Origin: Dehalococcoidales bacterium
GTDB taxonomy: Bacteria; Chloroflexota; Dehalococcoidia; E44-bin15
Assembly (NCBI GenBank): GCA_012974295.1
Contig: JAAXQM010000016.1
Span: 121-64,120 of the forward strand
DNA length: 64,000 nucleotides
Reading direction: 5' to 3'
How positions within the stretch are numbered: position 1 is the stretch's first letter; each line of letters starts with the position of its first letter. Below, piece after piece: positions 20,079 to 29,567 of this stretch. The translations under genes were made by a program, and so were the position numbers. The notes below the pieces were generated by a model, which was given only the letters and a program-made list of their open reading frames with translations, was not told where the DNA came from and ran no database searches.

Positions 20079-21680
20079 CTATTTATCCTTACGCAATGGG
20101 ATTTCCTTAAGAAAGAGATTGATTATAAAAGCTACAGCGATAGCGCAAAAAGCAACAAAGAAAACCTCCGTGAGAGCCGAGTTAAGAGCCTCGCGCATCG
20201 TTGAAAGTAACTGCTGAAAAAATTGTGCGCCCTGAGACCCCATGCTCTCGAAAAAGCCTCTCAGTTGATCCTGTGCCTCTGGGCTGACCAGCGCCTGGGG
20301 GTTTTCGGCAAGGGAGGACAATTGCTCCGAGGGGATAACTGCGGATATTTCGGGCGGGAGGCCCCCCGTAAAATCATCTGCGAAGCGGTTGTTCATTACG
20401 GATCCTGCGATAGCTAATCCTACGGCACCTCCGATAGAGCGGAAGAAGGTGTTCGTAGATGTGGCTACTCCCATAATGGAATAGGGCACTGCATTCTGAA
20501 TCGCGATGACGTACACAGGCATTGTGATGCCCAGCCCCAAGCCCATGATTATTATGTTCATTATGGCCGTCGCATAGCTGGTATCGACCGTCATCCTGGA
20601 TAGCAGAAACAGGCCCACAGCCATGAATATAATGCCGACTGCGCCCTGGGTCCGATAGTGCCCCCCTGCGCGCGCAAGCAGCTGGCCGGAGACAATACTA
20701 CCCACCACCAGACCCAGCATCATAGGTGTCAGGAAACTGCCGCTGGCTGTGGCGGATGACCCCAGCACCCCCTGGAAATAGAGCGGTATGAAGATAATGC
20801 CGGTGAACATGCCAAAACCCAATATGAAGGTGACAATCGATGCCACGCTCACCACCCGGTTCCTGAAGATCCACAGTGGCAGTATGGGTTCTTTGACACG
20901 GCTTTCGATTATTATAAAAAGGAGCAGCATAGCCGCTGAGAAAGCGAACAGGAAAACGATGGGGAAGGATAGCCACTCATATTCAACACCGGCCCAGGTC
21001 AGGGCCAACATAAACGGTACCACGGTAAGTATAAGCGTTGCTATTCCGCCATAATCAACCCTGTGTTTCTGAATTTCGGGGCGTATATGAGGGAAGAAGA
21101 ATATAAATAGGATCATGATAAGGATACCGAAAGGGATGTTGATATAAAATACCCAGTTCCAGGAGAAATTGTCGGTTATAAAGCCGCCCAAAGTCGGTCC
21201 GATAACGGATGACAGGCCGAACACCCCTGTCAGGAATCCCACATATTTACCGCGCTCGGCCGCCGGGAAAAGGTCGCCGACGGTGATGAAGGCCATACCC
21301 ATTATGGCCCCCGCTCCTACGCCCTGAAGCGCCCTGAAGCCGATGAGCTGATTCATCGTCTGGCTGGTGCCGCAGAGTATGGAGCCCACTATGAAAACAG
21401 CTATACCGCCGACAAGAAACCACTTGCGGCCGTACATATCGCTCAGCTTACCGGCAATCAGCAGCGTAACTGTGGAGGTGATGATATAGGCTGTGGCCAC
21501 CCAGGTATAATGTGCGAACCCGCCAAGGTCGGTGATAATCCGTGGCAGGGCAGTGCCGACAATCGTCTGGTCCAGCGAGGCGAAGAAAAGGGCCAGCATC
21601 ACGCCTGCCATGGTGATAATCACCTGCCGCCTCGGCAGTTCCCGGTGGCCAGAATTTACACTCTTTAAGTCGGAATCCAT
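20079..21680 (-). CDS. MFS transporter, DHA2 (EmrB/QacA, 14-TMS) drug:H+ antiporter family
   Basis: 533 aa with 14 predicted TM segments and MFS signature motifs. Confidence 0.85.
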   Translation of the reverse strand: MDSDLKSVNSGHRELPRRQVIITMAGVMLALFFASLDQTIVGTALPRIITDLGGFAHYTWVATAYIITSTVTLLIAGKLSDMYGRKWFLVGGIAVFIVGSILCGTSQTMNQLIGFRALQGVGAGAIMGMAFITVGDLFPAAERGKYVGFLTGVFGLSSVIGPTLGGFITDNFSWNWVFYINIPFGILIMILFIFFFPHIRPEIQKHRVDYGGIATLILTVVPFMLALTWAGVEYEWLSFPIVFLFAFSAAMLLLFIIIESRVKEPILPLWIFRNRVVSVASIVTFILGFGMFTGIIFIPLYFQGVLGSSATASGSFLTPMMLGLVVGSIVSGQLLARAGGHYRTQGAVGIIFMAVGLFLLSRMTVDTSYATAIMNIIIMGLGLGITMPVYVIAIQNAVPYSIMGVATSTNTFFRSIGGAVGLAIAGSVMNNRFADDFTGGLPPEISAVIPSEQLSSLAENPQALVSPEAQDQLRGFFESMGSQGAQFFQQLLSTMREALNSALTEVFFVAFCAIAVAFIINLFLKEIPLRKDK

Positions 21681-21684
21681 AAAT

Positions 21685-22473
21685 TTATTCCTGAACGCGG
21701 AAAGAACGTATCGCCAGCATGAGCATGATGATGCCGAAGGTGGCGACCACCGCTACGTCTAGAGCAATGCTCATGCGATAGCCGAACAGCTCTATACCGA
21801 ATGGTGCCGATGCTTCAACCCCCATCACCGCCTGGCGTATGGCGTCAACCCCGTAGGACACAGGGTTGAGCTTGACCATTGTGGCCAGCCATCCGGGCAG
21901 CGTTTCAACAGGGAACATCACTGGAGAAATAAAAATCAGTGGGAACATGAGCAGCTGCATCACCGCCTGAAAGGCTTCCATACTCCTTATGCGGGAGGCA
22001 ATGAACAAACCCATAGAAGTAAGGGATAGGGCGAGGACGATCATTAATCCCACCAGCATGAAGCCGCTTGCTACCGACATCTGGACGTCGGCGAAAGGTA
22101 TAAACACCAGCATTATTAGGCCCTGCGCGGAGGCGATGGTGGCGCCCCCCATCGCCTTGCCGACTGCAACTGCGGTACGGCTGATGGGGGCTACCAGTAC
22201 CTCTTTGAGAAAGCCGAACTCGCGGTCGAATACTACGGTGATTCCAGACATGATGGAGCCCAGCACTACCACCATGCAGATGATACCGGGGTATATGAAC
22301 GCGATATAGTCGAAGTCCTCCCCCCGATCGAGGAAAGAAGCGATACCGGTGCCGAAGATGACCAGGTACAGAATAGGCATGGCCATGCTGGTCAACATGC
22401 GCGCCCGGTCCCGCCAGAAACGCAGGATATCGCGGTACCAGATTATGTATACGCCATGCAGGTTGTCCTTCAA
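21685..22473 (-). CDS. ABC-2 type transporter permease
   Basis: 262 aa with 6 TMS, overlapping the downstream ATPase gene by 4 bp. Confidence 0.8.
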   Translation of the reverse strand: MKDNLHGVYIIWYRDILRFWRDRARMLTSMAMPILYLVIFGTGIASFLDRGEDFDYIAFIYPGIICMVVVLGSIMSGITVVFDREFGFLKEVLVAPISRTAVAVGKAMGGATIASAQGLIMLVFIPFADVQMSVASGFMLVGLMIVLALSLTSMGLFIASRIRSMEAFQAVMQLLMFPLIFISPVMFPVETLPGWLATMVKLNPVSYGVDAIRQAVMGVEASAPFGIELFGYRMSIALDVAVVATFGIIMLMLAIRSFRVQE

Positions 22474-23462
22474 TGAAACCCTCTACCTCCACTGGCCTGT
22501 CGTTGTGCCCACGCCCTCATGAGCACCGCCTCGCCACCCCCTTCCTCACGTATCTCGCGGCCAGTCAGCTTTATGAACACATCGTCGAGGGTGGGACGGC
22601 GCATGCTAATACTATAGAGGCCGCTTCTGAAGTTTTTTACCAGGGTTGGGATAAACTCCTCTCCGTTCTGAACCTCGAAAAAGATACCTTCGCTACCGTG
22701 CTGTGCCTCGATGTTATGCTTCTCCTTGAGCTCGGCGACGGCCGCCTCCGGGTTATCTGTTTTGAGGGTAATAACATCGCCGCCAACCATCCGCTTAAGT
22801 GCATCCGGGGTGTCCAGTGCAATTATCTTGCCGTGGTCGATAACAGCGATACGGTCGGCCACGTTGGCCTCGTCCATGTAATGGGTAGTGAGGAAAACAG
22901 TTATGTTCAGACGTTTCCTTAGGTCAAGAATATAGTTCCAAATATGGAAGCGGGTCTGGGGGTCAAGGCCCAAGGTCGGCTCGTCGAGGAACAAAACCTT
23001 GGGGTAATGCAGCAAGCCACGTCCGATCTCCAGCCTCCGTCTCATCCCCCCGGAGTATGTCTGTACCGTATCGTTGCGCCGCTCCCATAGGTCAACCATT
23101 TCGAGTACCGTCCTGATGCGCTCTTTAGCGACATCTCGCGGCACACTGTAAACACCGGTGTGGAACTGCATATTCTGCAGCGCAGTCAGCTTGATATCCA
23201 GGCTGGGGTCCTGGAAAACCATACCGATGCAGCGTCGCACCTCGTTCGGCCGGCGTGCAACGTTGTGTCCGCATAATGTAACCTTGCCCTTTGTGGGGCG
23301 CATCAGAGTACTCAGGATATTGATGGTCGTGGTCTTACCGGCGCCGTTCGGTCCAAGGAAGCCGAATATCTCCCCCTCCGCCACGTCAAAGCTTACATCA
23401 TCCACCGCAACCAGGTCGCCGAATTTCTTTACCAGGTGCTCCACCTCGATAATGCTTGTCAT
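22470..23462 (-). CDS. ABC transporter ATP-binding protein (DrrA-like)
   Basis: Walker A GPNGAGKTTT, signature SGGMRRRL, Walker B LFLDEPTLGLD. Confidence 0.9.
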   Translation of the reverse strand: MTSIIEVEHLVKKFGDLVAVDDVSFDVAEGEIFGFLGPNGAGKTTTINILSTLMRPTKGKVTLCGHNVARRPNEVRRCIGMVFQDPSLDIKLTALQNMQFHTGVYSVPRDVAKERIRTVLEMVDLWERRNDTVQTYSGGMRRRLEIGRGLLHYPKVLFLDEPTLGLDPQTRFHIWNYILDLRKRLNITVFLTTHYMDEANVADRIAVIDHGKIIALDTPDALKRMVGGDVITLKTDNPEAAVAELKEKHNIEAQHGSEGIFFEVQNGEEFIPTLVKNFRSGLYSISMRRPTLDDVFIKLTGREIREEGGGEAVLMRAWAQRQASGGRGFH

Positions 23463-23550
23463 CCTATTCCCTTCGCGAATTTCAACCGACGTATTATTAC
23501 AGTTTCAGCTGGTTTTTGCAATCAGGAACTCCTCATAAATACTATAGATA

Positions 23551-23670
23551 CTGCTGAAATAGTCTCAATCAGCCCCGATGACCGCCAATCTTGTGGGACT
23601 TTTTAAAGCTGGGGGACACCCCCAGGCCCCCAACTCCTATATAGTCGGGGCACCCCTTTTTCAGCAATCT
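23551..23670. repeat. Copy c of the structured intergenic repeat element
   Basis: CTGCTGAAATAGTCTCAATCAGCCCC ... CCAATCTTGTGGGA ... AAAGCTGGGGGACACCCCCAGG ... CCCTTTTTCAGCAATCT. Confidence 0.7.
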
Positions 23671-23743
23671 CTAATAAGTAATACGATGAATTTCTTTCGT
23701 AACCGTAGCTAAGCTGCGGGTTCAAAGAATAAATGTTACAAAA

Positions 23744-24340
23744 CTATGCTAAATAGAGTAATCTGATAATATCGAGAAACCATTTAGCCAGAGGCTCGAT
23801 AAGGCGTAGAAATCCAAAAGCGAGAAAACTACAGAAGATACCTATAACCGCACCACCGACTATGTCCAGGGGATAGTGTACGCCACAGTAGACCCGGGCG
23901 AATGTCCACAAAATAGCCAGGAAAAAGATAACCAAAGCTGCTTTTCGGTTACCAAACCAGGCACCCATACCGAAAGCAAAGCCAACCGCCGCTGAGTTTG
24001 ACGGGAAGGATGAGTCCGTGGGCGGATAGAAAAGCCCATTTACTATAGGCAAAATCTCGGGGAAATCGTCAAAAGGACGGGGGCGGTCGAAAAAATGGTT
24101 GGATAAAGCTACGGCAGCACTGGCGAAACCCACACCGATAAGGGCAGTCCATACCGCTCGCTGATTTCTTTCACGCCCCCGGGCATCTTTACCCAAGAAC
24201 CACATAGCAACCAGCACCATTACCATCGCCACCGGGATAAATTGCTCCCCCACTACAAGTCTCATAAACGAATCAGCGGCTTCTGACTTGCCCGCCAGCC
24301 CGTTTATGAGGAAGAATAGCTTCTCATCCAGCCAGATCAT
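23744..24340 (-). CDS. PAP2-superfamily membrane phosphatase
   Basis: 198 aa membrane protein with PAP2-like motifs (RPRP, SFPSNSAA, HYPLD). Confidence 0.65.
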   Translation of the reverse strand: MIWLDEKLFFLINGLAGKSEAADSFMRLVVGEQFIPVAMVMVLVAMWFLGKDARGRERNQRAVWTALIGVGFASAAVALSNHFFDRPRPFDDFPEILPIVNGLFYPPTDSSFPSNSAAVGFAFGMGAWFGNRKAALVIFFLAILWTFARVYCGVHYPLDIVGGAVIGIFCSFLAFGFLRLIEPLAKWFLDIIRLLYLA

Positions 24341-24733
24341 TTATCTGTTCCTTCGTAAATCTCTACTGATAGCCTGGATAAAGGTCATCCTCTTCAATAC
24401 CTCAAGGCCCCTTTGTTCCCCCTCTGAGTCCGGTTTACCCCATCGTGCCCTGACTGCTGACGAGAAAAGCAGGGTAACCACCAGGGCGAGGCAAAGGGCG
24501 CCAAACAGGTAGCCGAAGAGGAATGGACCCGAAATGCCCCCGGCGGTGTCTGCAATGTTGCGGTCAACCCCAAAGAACCACCCGTATCCTCCGCTGACCA
24601 TCACCACAGCGAATATATACCCCAGATATCTTCTGGGGAAAAATGAGATGCCATCGAGCTTGACCCACGACGCCATTAACTGAAAGACACCAAGGGAAAC
24701 CATAAATACAAACAAGAAGTAATCTAATTCCAT
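24341..24733 (-). CDS. Small integral membrane protein (4 predicted TMS), unknown function
   Basis: 130 aa ORF whose stop abuts the PAP2 start (24340/24341), lying between the GT2 and PAP2 genes. Confidence 0.4.
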   Translation of the reverse strand: MELDYFLFVFMVSLGVFQLMASWVKLDGISFFPRRYLGYIFAVVMVSGGYGWFFGVDRNIADTAGGISGPFLFGYLFGALCLALVVTLLFSSAVRARWGKPDSEGEQRGLEVLKRMTFIQAISRDLRRNR

Positions 24734-24789
24734 TATCTATGCCTTTACAATCTGGCGCATTGCCTTACGGTGAAAGACGGTCACAACGC

Positions 24790-25917
24790 TCAACTCCCTG
24801 AGATGGGCTCGCTAGAAGGTTTGGCCCTCCAGGTCCATAATGTATTAATCGTATAGTTCCACAGAGTAGCTCCCGCAATACCAATGAGGTTGGAGATGAG
24901 GTAGCTTATCCCTACGACCTCGGTAACCGTCCATAGAATCGCAATATTAATACCCAAGCCACCCAGGCTCACCAGGTTAAACTTCAATCCACGCCCCAGA
25001 AGCGATCTATTACCGGGAGTTCGTCTGTCCCTGAAGGTCCAAATATCATTTAAAATAAAATTGGTAATGATCGCTGTCTCAACGGCAATGGCAGCGGAGA
25101 GCAAATAATAAAGTCCCAAATTCTCTGTTAACAGCCACAGCAGGCCTTCATTGACCAAAACACCGCTTAACCCAACCAAACCAAACTTAAGGAATCTAAT
25201 CGCCCCCTCTTGTAGCCCTGTCAAACGGGTAAGGTGTTTTAGATAACGTATCCCCTCTCCACTGGTTAGATTGCTTGTCCCCCTTTCCCTCACCCTGAAG
25301 ATATATGGGACCTCCGCTATCTCTCTGGCTTTCCCTTTGACAAGTACCTCCAGAAGGATTTTATATCCAGTTGGACTCAGCTCCACACCATCGATTACCT
25401 CTCTTCTCAGGAGAAAGAAACCTGACAAGGGGTCTTTGATCCCTCTAGCCGAGGATAAGAGGACTTGTGCCAATAGCTTAGAGCCTTTCGATATAATCTT
25501 CCTGCTCGCGCTCCACCCCTCACTGCCACCACCCTCAACGTATCGACTGGCGATAACAACATCCGCTCCGCTCATTACAGTCTCTAGGAGTTCAGGTATC
25601 ACCTCCGGCGGATGCTGTAAATCGGCATCTATTACGCCCAGAATCTCTCCCCTGGCCTGCTTAAATCCTTCAACTACCGCTGAAGCCAGGCCCCTCTCAT
25701 TTCTCCTGGTTATTACTCTAACTGGATACTGTTGAGAAAGACTATTGGCAATCTCTGAGGTTCCATCCGGACTATTATCATCAACCACTACGAGCTCATA
25801 GCTGTAGCTAGACAACGATTGGTGCACCCTCTCGACTAATATAGCAATATTCTGACTCTCGCAATATGTAGGCACTATTAAGGAAAACTCAGTGCTCGGT
25901 GTATACCGTGAATTCAT
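24790..25917 (-). CDS. GT2 glycosyltransferase, polyprenol-phosphate mannose/glucose synthase-like (DPM1-like), with a C-terminal GtrA-like TM domain
   Basis: 375 aa with the N-terminal GT-A motifs SLIVPTYCES and VVDDNSPDGT, a DAD-like motif, and a C-terminal 4-TMS GtrA-like region. Confidence 0.85.
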   Translation of the reverse strand: MNSRYTPSTEFSLIVPTYCESQNIAILVERVHQSLSSYSYELVVVDDNSPDGTSEIANSLSQQYPVRVITRRNERGLASAVVEGFKQARGEILGVIDADLQHPPEVIPELLETVMSGADVVIASRYVEGGGSEGWSASRKIISKGSKLLAQVLLSSARGIKDPLSGFFLLRREVIDGVELSPTGYKILLEVLVKGKAREIAEVPYIFRVRERGTSNLTSGEGIRYLKHLTRLTGLQEGAIRFLKFGLVGLSGVLVNEGLLWLLTENLGLYYLLSAAIAVETAIITNFILNDIWTFRDRRTPGNRSLLGRGLKFNLVSLGGLGINIAILWTVTEVVGISYLISNLIGIAGATLWNYTINTLWTWRAKPSSEPISGS

Positions 25918-26151
25918 AGTTCCTCATTGGTTTTACATTGACCTGACACTCAGGATACATGTATCTGGTGGTGAAAAACCACAAGTAGGCACCGACGATG
26001 AATAAAGCGAAAAAAGCAAGCCGGCAGGCAGCATCCTGAGAAGCATTAAATCGCTGAGTCTACTACCGGATGTGAGGTTAAAACAGATTAGATAGCCCAT
26101 TCTTACAACCAGGATGGGGCTCCCTGAGCATCTGCTTTGTCCGACTTCTGC

Positions 26152-27081
26152 TTACGCCTTGACCAGCTTATAGACAGGTGTACACCAATCGAGGTATTTC
26201 TTATTCTTGCCCAGGATTACATCGAAGTACAGATCCTGGAGCTTTTTAGTGATACTGCCCACTTCGCCTGATCCCACACTGCTGTCGTCGATCTGTATAA
26301 CCGGCGTAACATGCGCAGCCGTGCCGGTGAGGAAGCACTCTTCAGCAGTGTATAGCTCGCCGGGGTCGATTGACCGCTCGATGGTACCGATGCCCAGCTC
26401 ATTCTTCGCCAGTGTCATCACTGTGTCACGGGTGATGCCGATGAGAATGTTATCTGAAATCGGCGGTGTGACCAGCTGACCATCGATCACCAGGAAAAGA
26501 TTCTCTCCGCTTCCTTCGGAGACGTGCCCATCGTGGGTGAGCAGGATAGCCTCATCGAAGCCTTTCTCCGCCGCCTCTGTCTTTGCCAGCGCACTGTTCA
26601 CATAAAGCCCGTTTATCTTGGCCCGTATCGGGATCATGTTACTATCGACGCGCCGCCATGAAGAAATGCAACATTTCGCCCCCTTTGTAATATCGAGATA
26701 GGGGCCGAAGGGCATAGCGAAGATAAGGAAGCTGGCCTCCAGGTTATGAAGCCTTACCCCCACCTGTTCGGAGCTTTTATAGGCCATAGGGCGAATATAA
26801 GTATCCTCACGATAGCCACACCGCTGGACCAGCTCTAGTGTGACGGCGATGAGCTCATCCATTGTGTGAGGGATTTCGATCTGGAGCACACGACAGCTCT
26901 CAGTCAGCCTATCGAAGTGCTCGCGCAGCCGAAATATATACATCTGCCCCTGCTCCCCGTTCCAGTTACCCCGAATCCCCTCGAAGCAAGCGGTGCCGTA
27001 GTTGAAAGCATGAGTCATTATCCCTATCTTGGCCTCAGAGAGGGGAACCAACTTTCCATTGAAAAAAGCATAAGACGACAT
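26152..27081 (-). CDS. ilvE: Branched-chain amino acid aminotransferase
   Basis: 309 aa PLP fold type IV with E(C/G)xR and lysine motifs. Confidence 0.9.
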   Translation of the reverse strand: MSSYAFFNGKLVPLSEAKIGIMTHAFNYGTACFEGIRGNWNGEQGQMYIFRLREHFDRLTESCRVLQIEIPHTMDELIAVTLELVQRCGYREDTYIRPMAYKSSEQVGVRLHNLEASFLIFAMPFGPYLDITKGAKCCISSWRRVDSNMIPIRAKINGLYVNSALAKTEAAEKGFDEAILLTHDGHVSEGSGENLFLVIDGQLVTPPISDNILIGITRDTVMTLAKNELGIGTIERSIDPGELYTAEECFLTGTAAHVTPVIQIDDSSVGSGEVGSITKKLQDLYFDVILGKNKKYLDWCTPVYKLVKA

Positions 27082-27283
27082 ATATCTCTCCTTAAATCAG
27101 AGCTATGAGAATTATAAACCAGCGAAGTTCATGAAGACAAGTGCTGATTGGATAAGAGTTATATCTGGAGGCAGGCAAACAGGGGTTCCATTCGGTTTTA
27201 TCGGTTTTAGAGGGTAGCAGGATAAAAACTCCGGGCAGCCACCGCTAGAAAGGTTGTGTTTTCTTGAATTTAAAAAGTTTACC

Positions 27284-27649
27284 CTACCGCCGCCCCAGAC
27301 CCAACCACCACCATAGACCGAATGTCAGTATAGTACAACCGAAAGCAATAATGGTTAATGCCAACCACCACTCTCCAAAGCCCAAAATGCCACCAATGCC
27401 GATTAGTATGAAGAAACTACCGATAAGCAGTCTGGTGAATATCAGGCCAGATAACCGGTAGCTTCGTCTGATCATCCTTATCGGCAATTCAACGGCCAAA
27501 GCAAAACCGACAGAGATAAGCAGGTAGGCCCACCATTCACTCCATTGGGCAACCCCTGCCGCAGCAAACACTGCATATAAACCGAAGCCTACTATGGCTA
27601 CCCCGGCCAACATGGCAGAGAGGGGGTCCCGAATCCATTTCTCTTCCAT
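27284..27649 (-). CDS. Small membrane protein, unknown function
   Basis: 121 aa with 4 hydrophobic helices rich in Trp and Gly. Confidence 0.4.
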   Translation of the reverse strand: MEEKWIRDPLSAMLAGVAIVGFGLYAVFAAAGVAQWSEWWAYLLISVGFALAVELPIRMIRRSYRLSGLIFTRLLIGSFFILIGIGGILGFGEWWLALTIIAFGCTILTFGLWWWLGLGRR

Positions 27650-27731
27650 TTATACACCTCCAAATCAACCTATCACTGGCTAGAGTGTGGCAAGTTTATC
27701 ACAACAAAAACTGTTCTGCAACTACGTGGGG

Positions 27732-27762
27732 TTGACAGGGTACCCTTCGGCGGGGTATAGGT
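27732..27762 (+). promoter_or_regulatory. Putative sigma-70 type promoter upstream of the SDR gene
   Basis: TTGACA, an 18-nt spacer, then TATAGG, about 45 bp upstream of the ATG at 27809. Confidence 0.3.
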
Positions 27763-27808
27763 AATCCTGATAATTAACTCTCACTGAAATAGACGGAGGT
27801 ATAGTAAC

Positions 27809-28600
27809 ATGCTCAAGGAATATAGTATCGAGGGCAAGGTTGCCATCGTTACCGGTGCGGCCCGTGGTATAGGCAAAGGAATTGCCCTAACTCTGGCCGA
27901 AGCAGGTGCCGATATTGTCTCAGGAGACCGCAGTACGGAAGAAAACGAGCAAACTGCAAGCGAGATTCGAGTTCTCGGGCGACGATGCCTCGCTGTCACA
28001 ACCGATTTAACCAAAGAAAACCAGGTGCAGCGGATGGTTAGCGAGGCCATTTCGCAATTTGGTAAAATCGATATCCTGGTTAATAATGCTGGCAAAGGCG
28101 CGAGGAGGGTAGTAATACCTCTGGCTGATCATAACATACGCCCGATATCCGATGATGACTGGGATAACGTACTGGACCTCAACCTGAAAGCTATCCTGCT
28201 ATGCGCAAGGGCTGTAGGCCCTCACATGATCGAGCAACGAAAGGGTAAAATCATTATCATTACCTCCGCAGTTGCAGTTGGCTCCTTTGACCATAATAGC
28301 CTTTATTGTGTAAGCAAAGCGGCAGCGGCGAGATTCACCGAGACGCTAGCCCTGGAATGGGCTCCCTATAACATCAATGTTAATGCCATCGGCCCTACAT
28401 GGACGCTAACCGAGGGGGCCAAAATTATGCTGGAAAAGAGCGAAGAATACAGACAAAAAGAGATGGCACGTATCCCGCTTGGTAGAGCTGCTACACCAAG
28501 AGAGATAGGTCTTCTTACCGTTTACCTGGCTTCGGATGCCTCCAATTTCGTAACTGGGCAGAACATCTACATAGACGGCGGGCTAACCGCTGGAAGCTGA
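27809..28600 (+). CDS. SDR family NAD(P)-dependent oxidoreductase
   Basis: 263 aa with TGAARGIGKG cofactor motif and the YxxxK catalytic motif (YCVSK). Confidence 0.85.
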   Translation: MLKEYSIEGKVAIVTGAARGIGKGIALTLAEAGADIVSGDRSTEENEQTASEIRVLGRRCLAVTTDLTKENQVQRMVSEAISQFGKIDILVNNAGKGARRVVIPLADHNIRPISDDDWDNVLDLNLKAILLCARAVGPHMIEQRKGKIIIITSAVAVGSFDHNSLYCVSKAAAARFTETLALEWAPYNINVNAIGPTWTLTEGAKIMLEKSEEYRQKEMARIPLGRAATPREIGLLTVYLASDASNFVTGQNIYIDGGLTAGS

Positions 28601-28893
28601 CTTCTACGCCCGTTTTCAATAGCCCGCCGGTTTAATAATCCGGATTTGGAACTACAGAGCACAGACGGGTCGAGGAAAGGAATGGTTTCCATATCAGCTA
28701 ATAACGCAGTCGCTGTAGCAAATTCATATAATGTTCTCTCCATTTGCATAACAATAGAAACGTTAGCCAGCATACTAAATGACTATACGGGTATTATCTA
28801 CATTCAATAAGTAACAAATACAACCGCAATAAGGAGCTTAGGGTTGGCAGTGCACTATTCGGCGATCCATTTTCTATTTAGGAGAGTAAAACT

Positions 28894-29406
28894 ATGAAAC
28901 GGCTCACAAATTATAGAATGCTCATTGCTCTTTCACTCATTGCACTCATCATTGTTGGAGGCATCTTCCTTTTCCAGCAGCAGCCCTGGTCGAAAGAGTC
29001 CCTGGAGATCATACTCACCACGCCTGTTTCTGCCTCAACTACAGAGTGGGAGATCTACGTAGACGGAGCAGTGGAGAATCCCGGGTGGTACTCGCTTGAA
29101 CAGGACAACAAAATTCGAGACGTCCTTTCAAAGGCAGGCGGCTCCAACAGCAATACTAACCCGGTTACAGCTAAACTGTACATATACGAAAATGGGAAGA
29201 GTGTAGCACCGCAGTTGATTAGTATCAACCGCGCTCCAGACTGGCTCCTCGATGCTCTGCCTGGAATAGGAACCACACTAGCGCAAAATATCGTCCAATA
29301 CCGCGAGGAGAACGGCTCCTTTATGATGATCGAGGAACTGTTATTGGTATCGGGCATCGGAGAGGCAAAATACGATGGGGTGAAAAAATTTATTACTGTT
29401 GAATAA
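28894..29406 (+). CDS. comEA: ComEA family DNA-binding competence protein (SLBB + helix-hairpin-helix)
   Basis: 170 aa with an N-terminal TM anchor and a C-terminal HhH pair (LPGIGTTLAQNIVQYREENG...VSGIGEAKYDGVK). Confidence 0.8.
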   Translation: MKRLTNYRMLIALSLIALIIVGGIFLFQQQPWSKESLEIILTTPVSASTTEWEIYVDGAVENPGWYSLEQDNKIRDVLSKAGGSNSNTNPVTAKLYIYENGKSVAPQLISINRAPDWLLDALPGIGTTLAQNIVQYREENGSFMMIEELLLVSGIGEAKYDGVKKFITVE

Positions 29407-29567
29407 CGAAAATCGTATAAATATAATCCAATATGCCTATTTAAATAGGCATCACCGAAGATAAAAATGGTGCATGTTTGTACCGCCTATGTCTGGATTC
29501 CCGTCTGCGCAGGAATGACATGGACGAAGAGTTCGTCCAGACATACTAGGGCTCTATTTTAGTAGCA

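Noticed and set aside
20079-23462. The MFS + ABC-2 exporter block flanked by two repeat-element copies. I considered a composite transposon or resistance island.
   Set aside because: The repeats are only about 115 bp with no transposase, and the flanking copies are not in a clear inverted or direct arrangement with target duplications. Flanking by dispersed intergenic repeats is expected by chance. It remains a plain efflux-gene cluster unless genome-wide data show otherwise.
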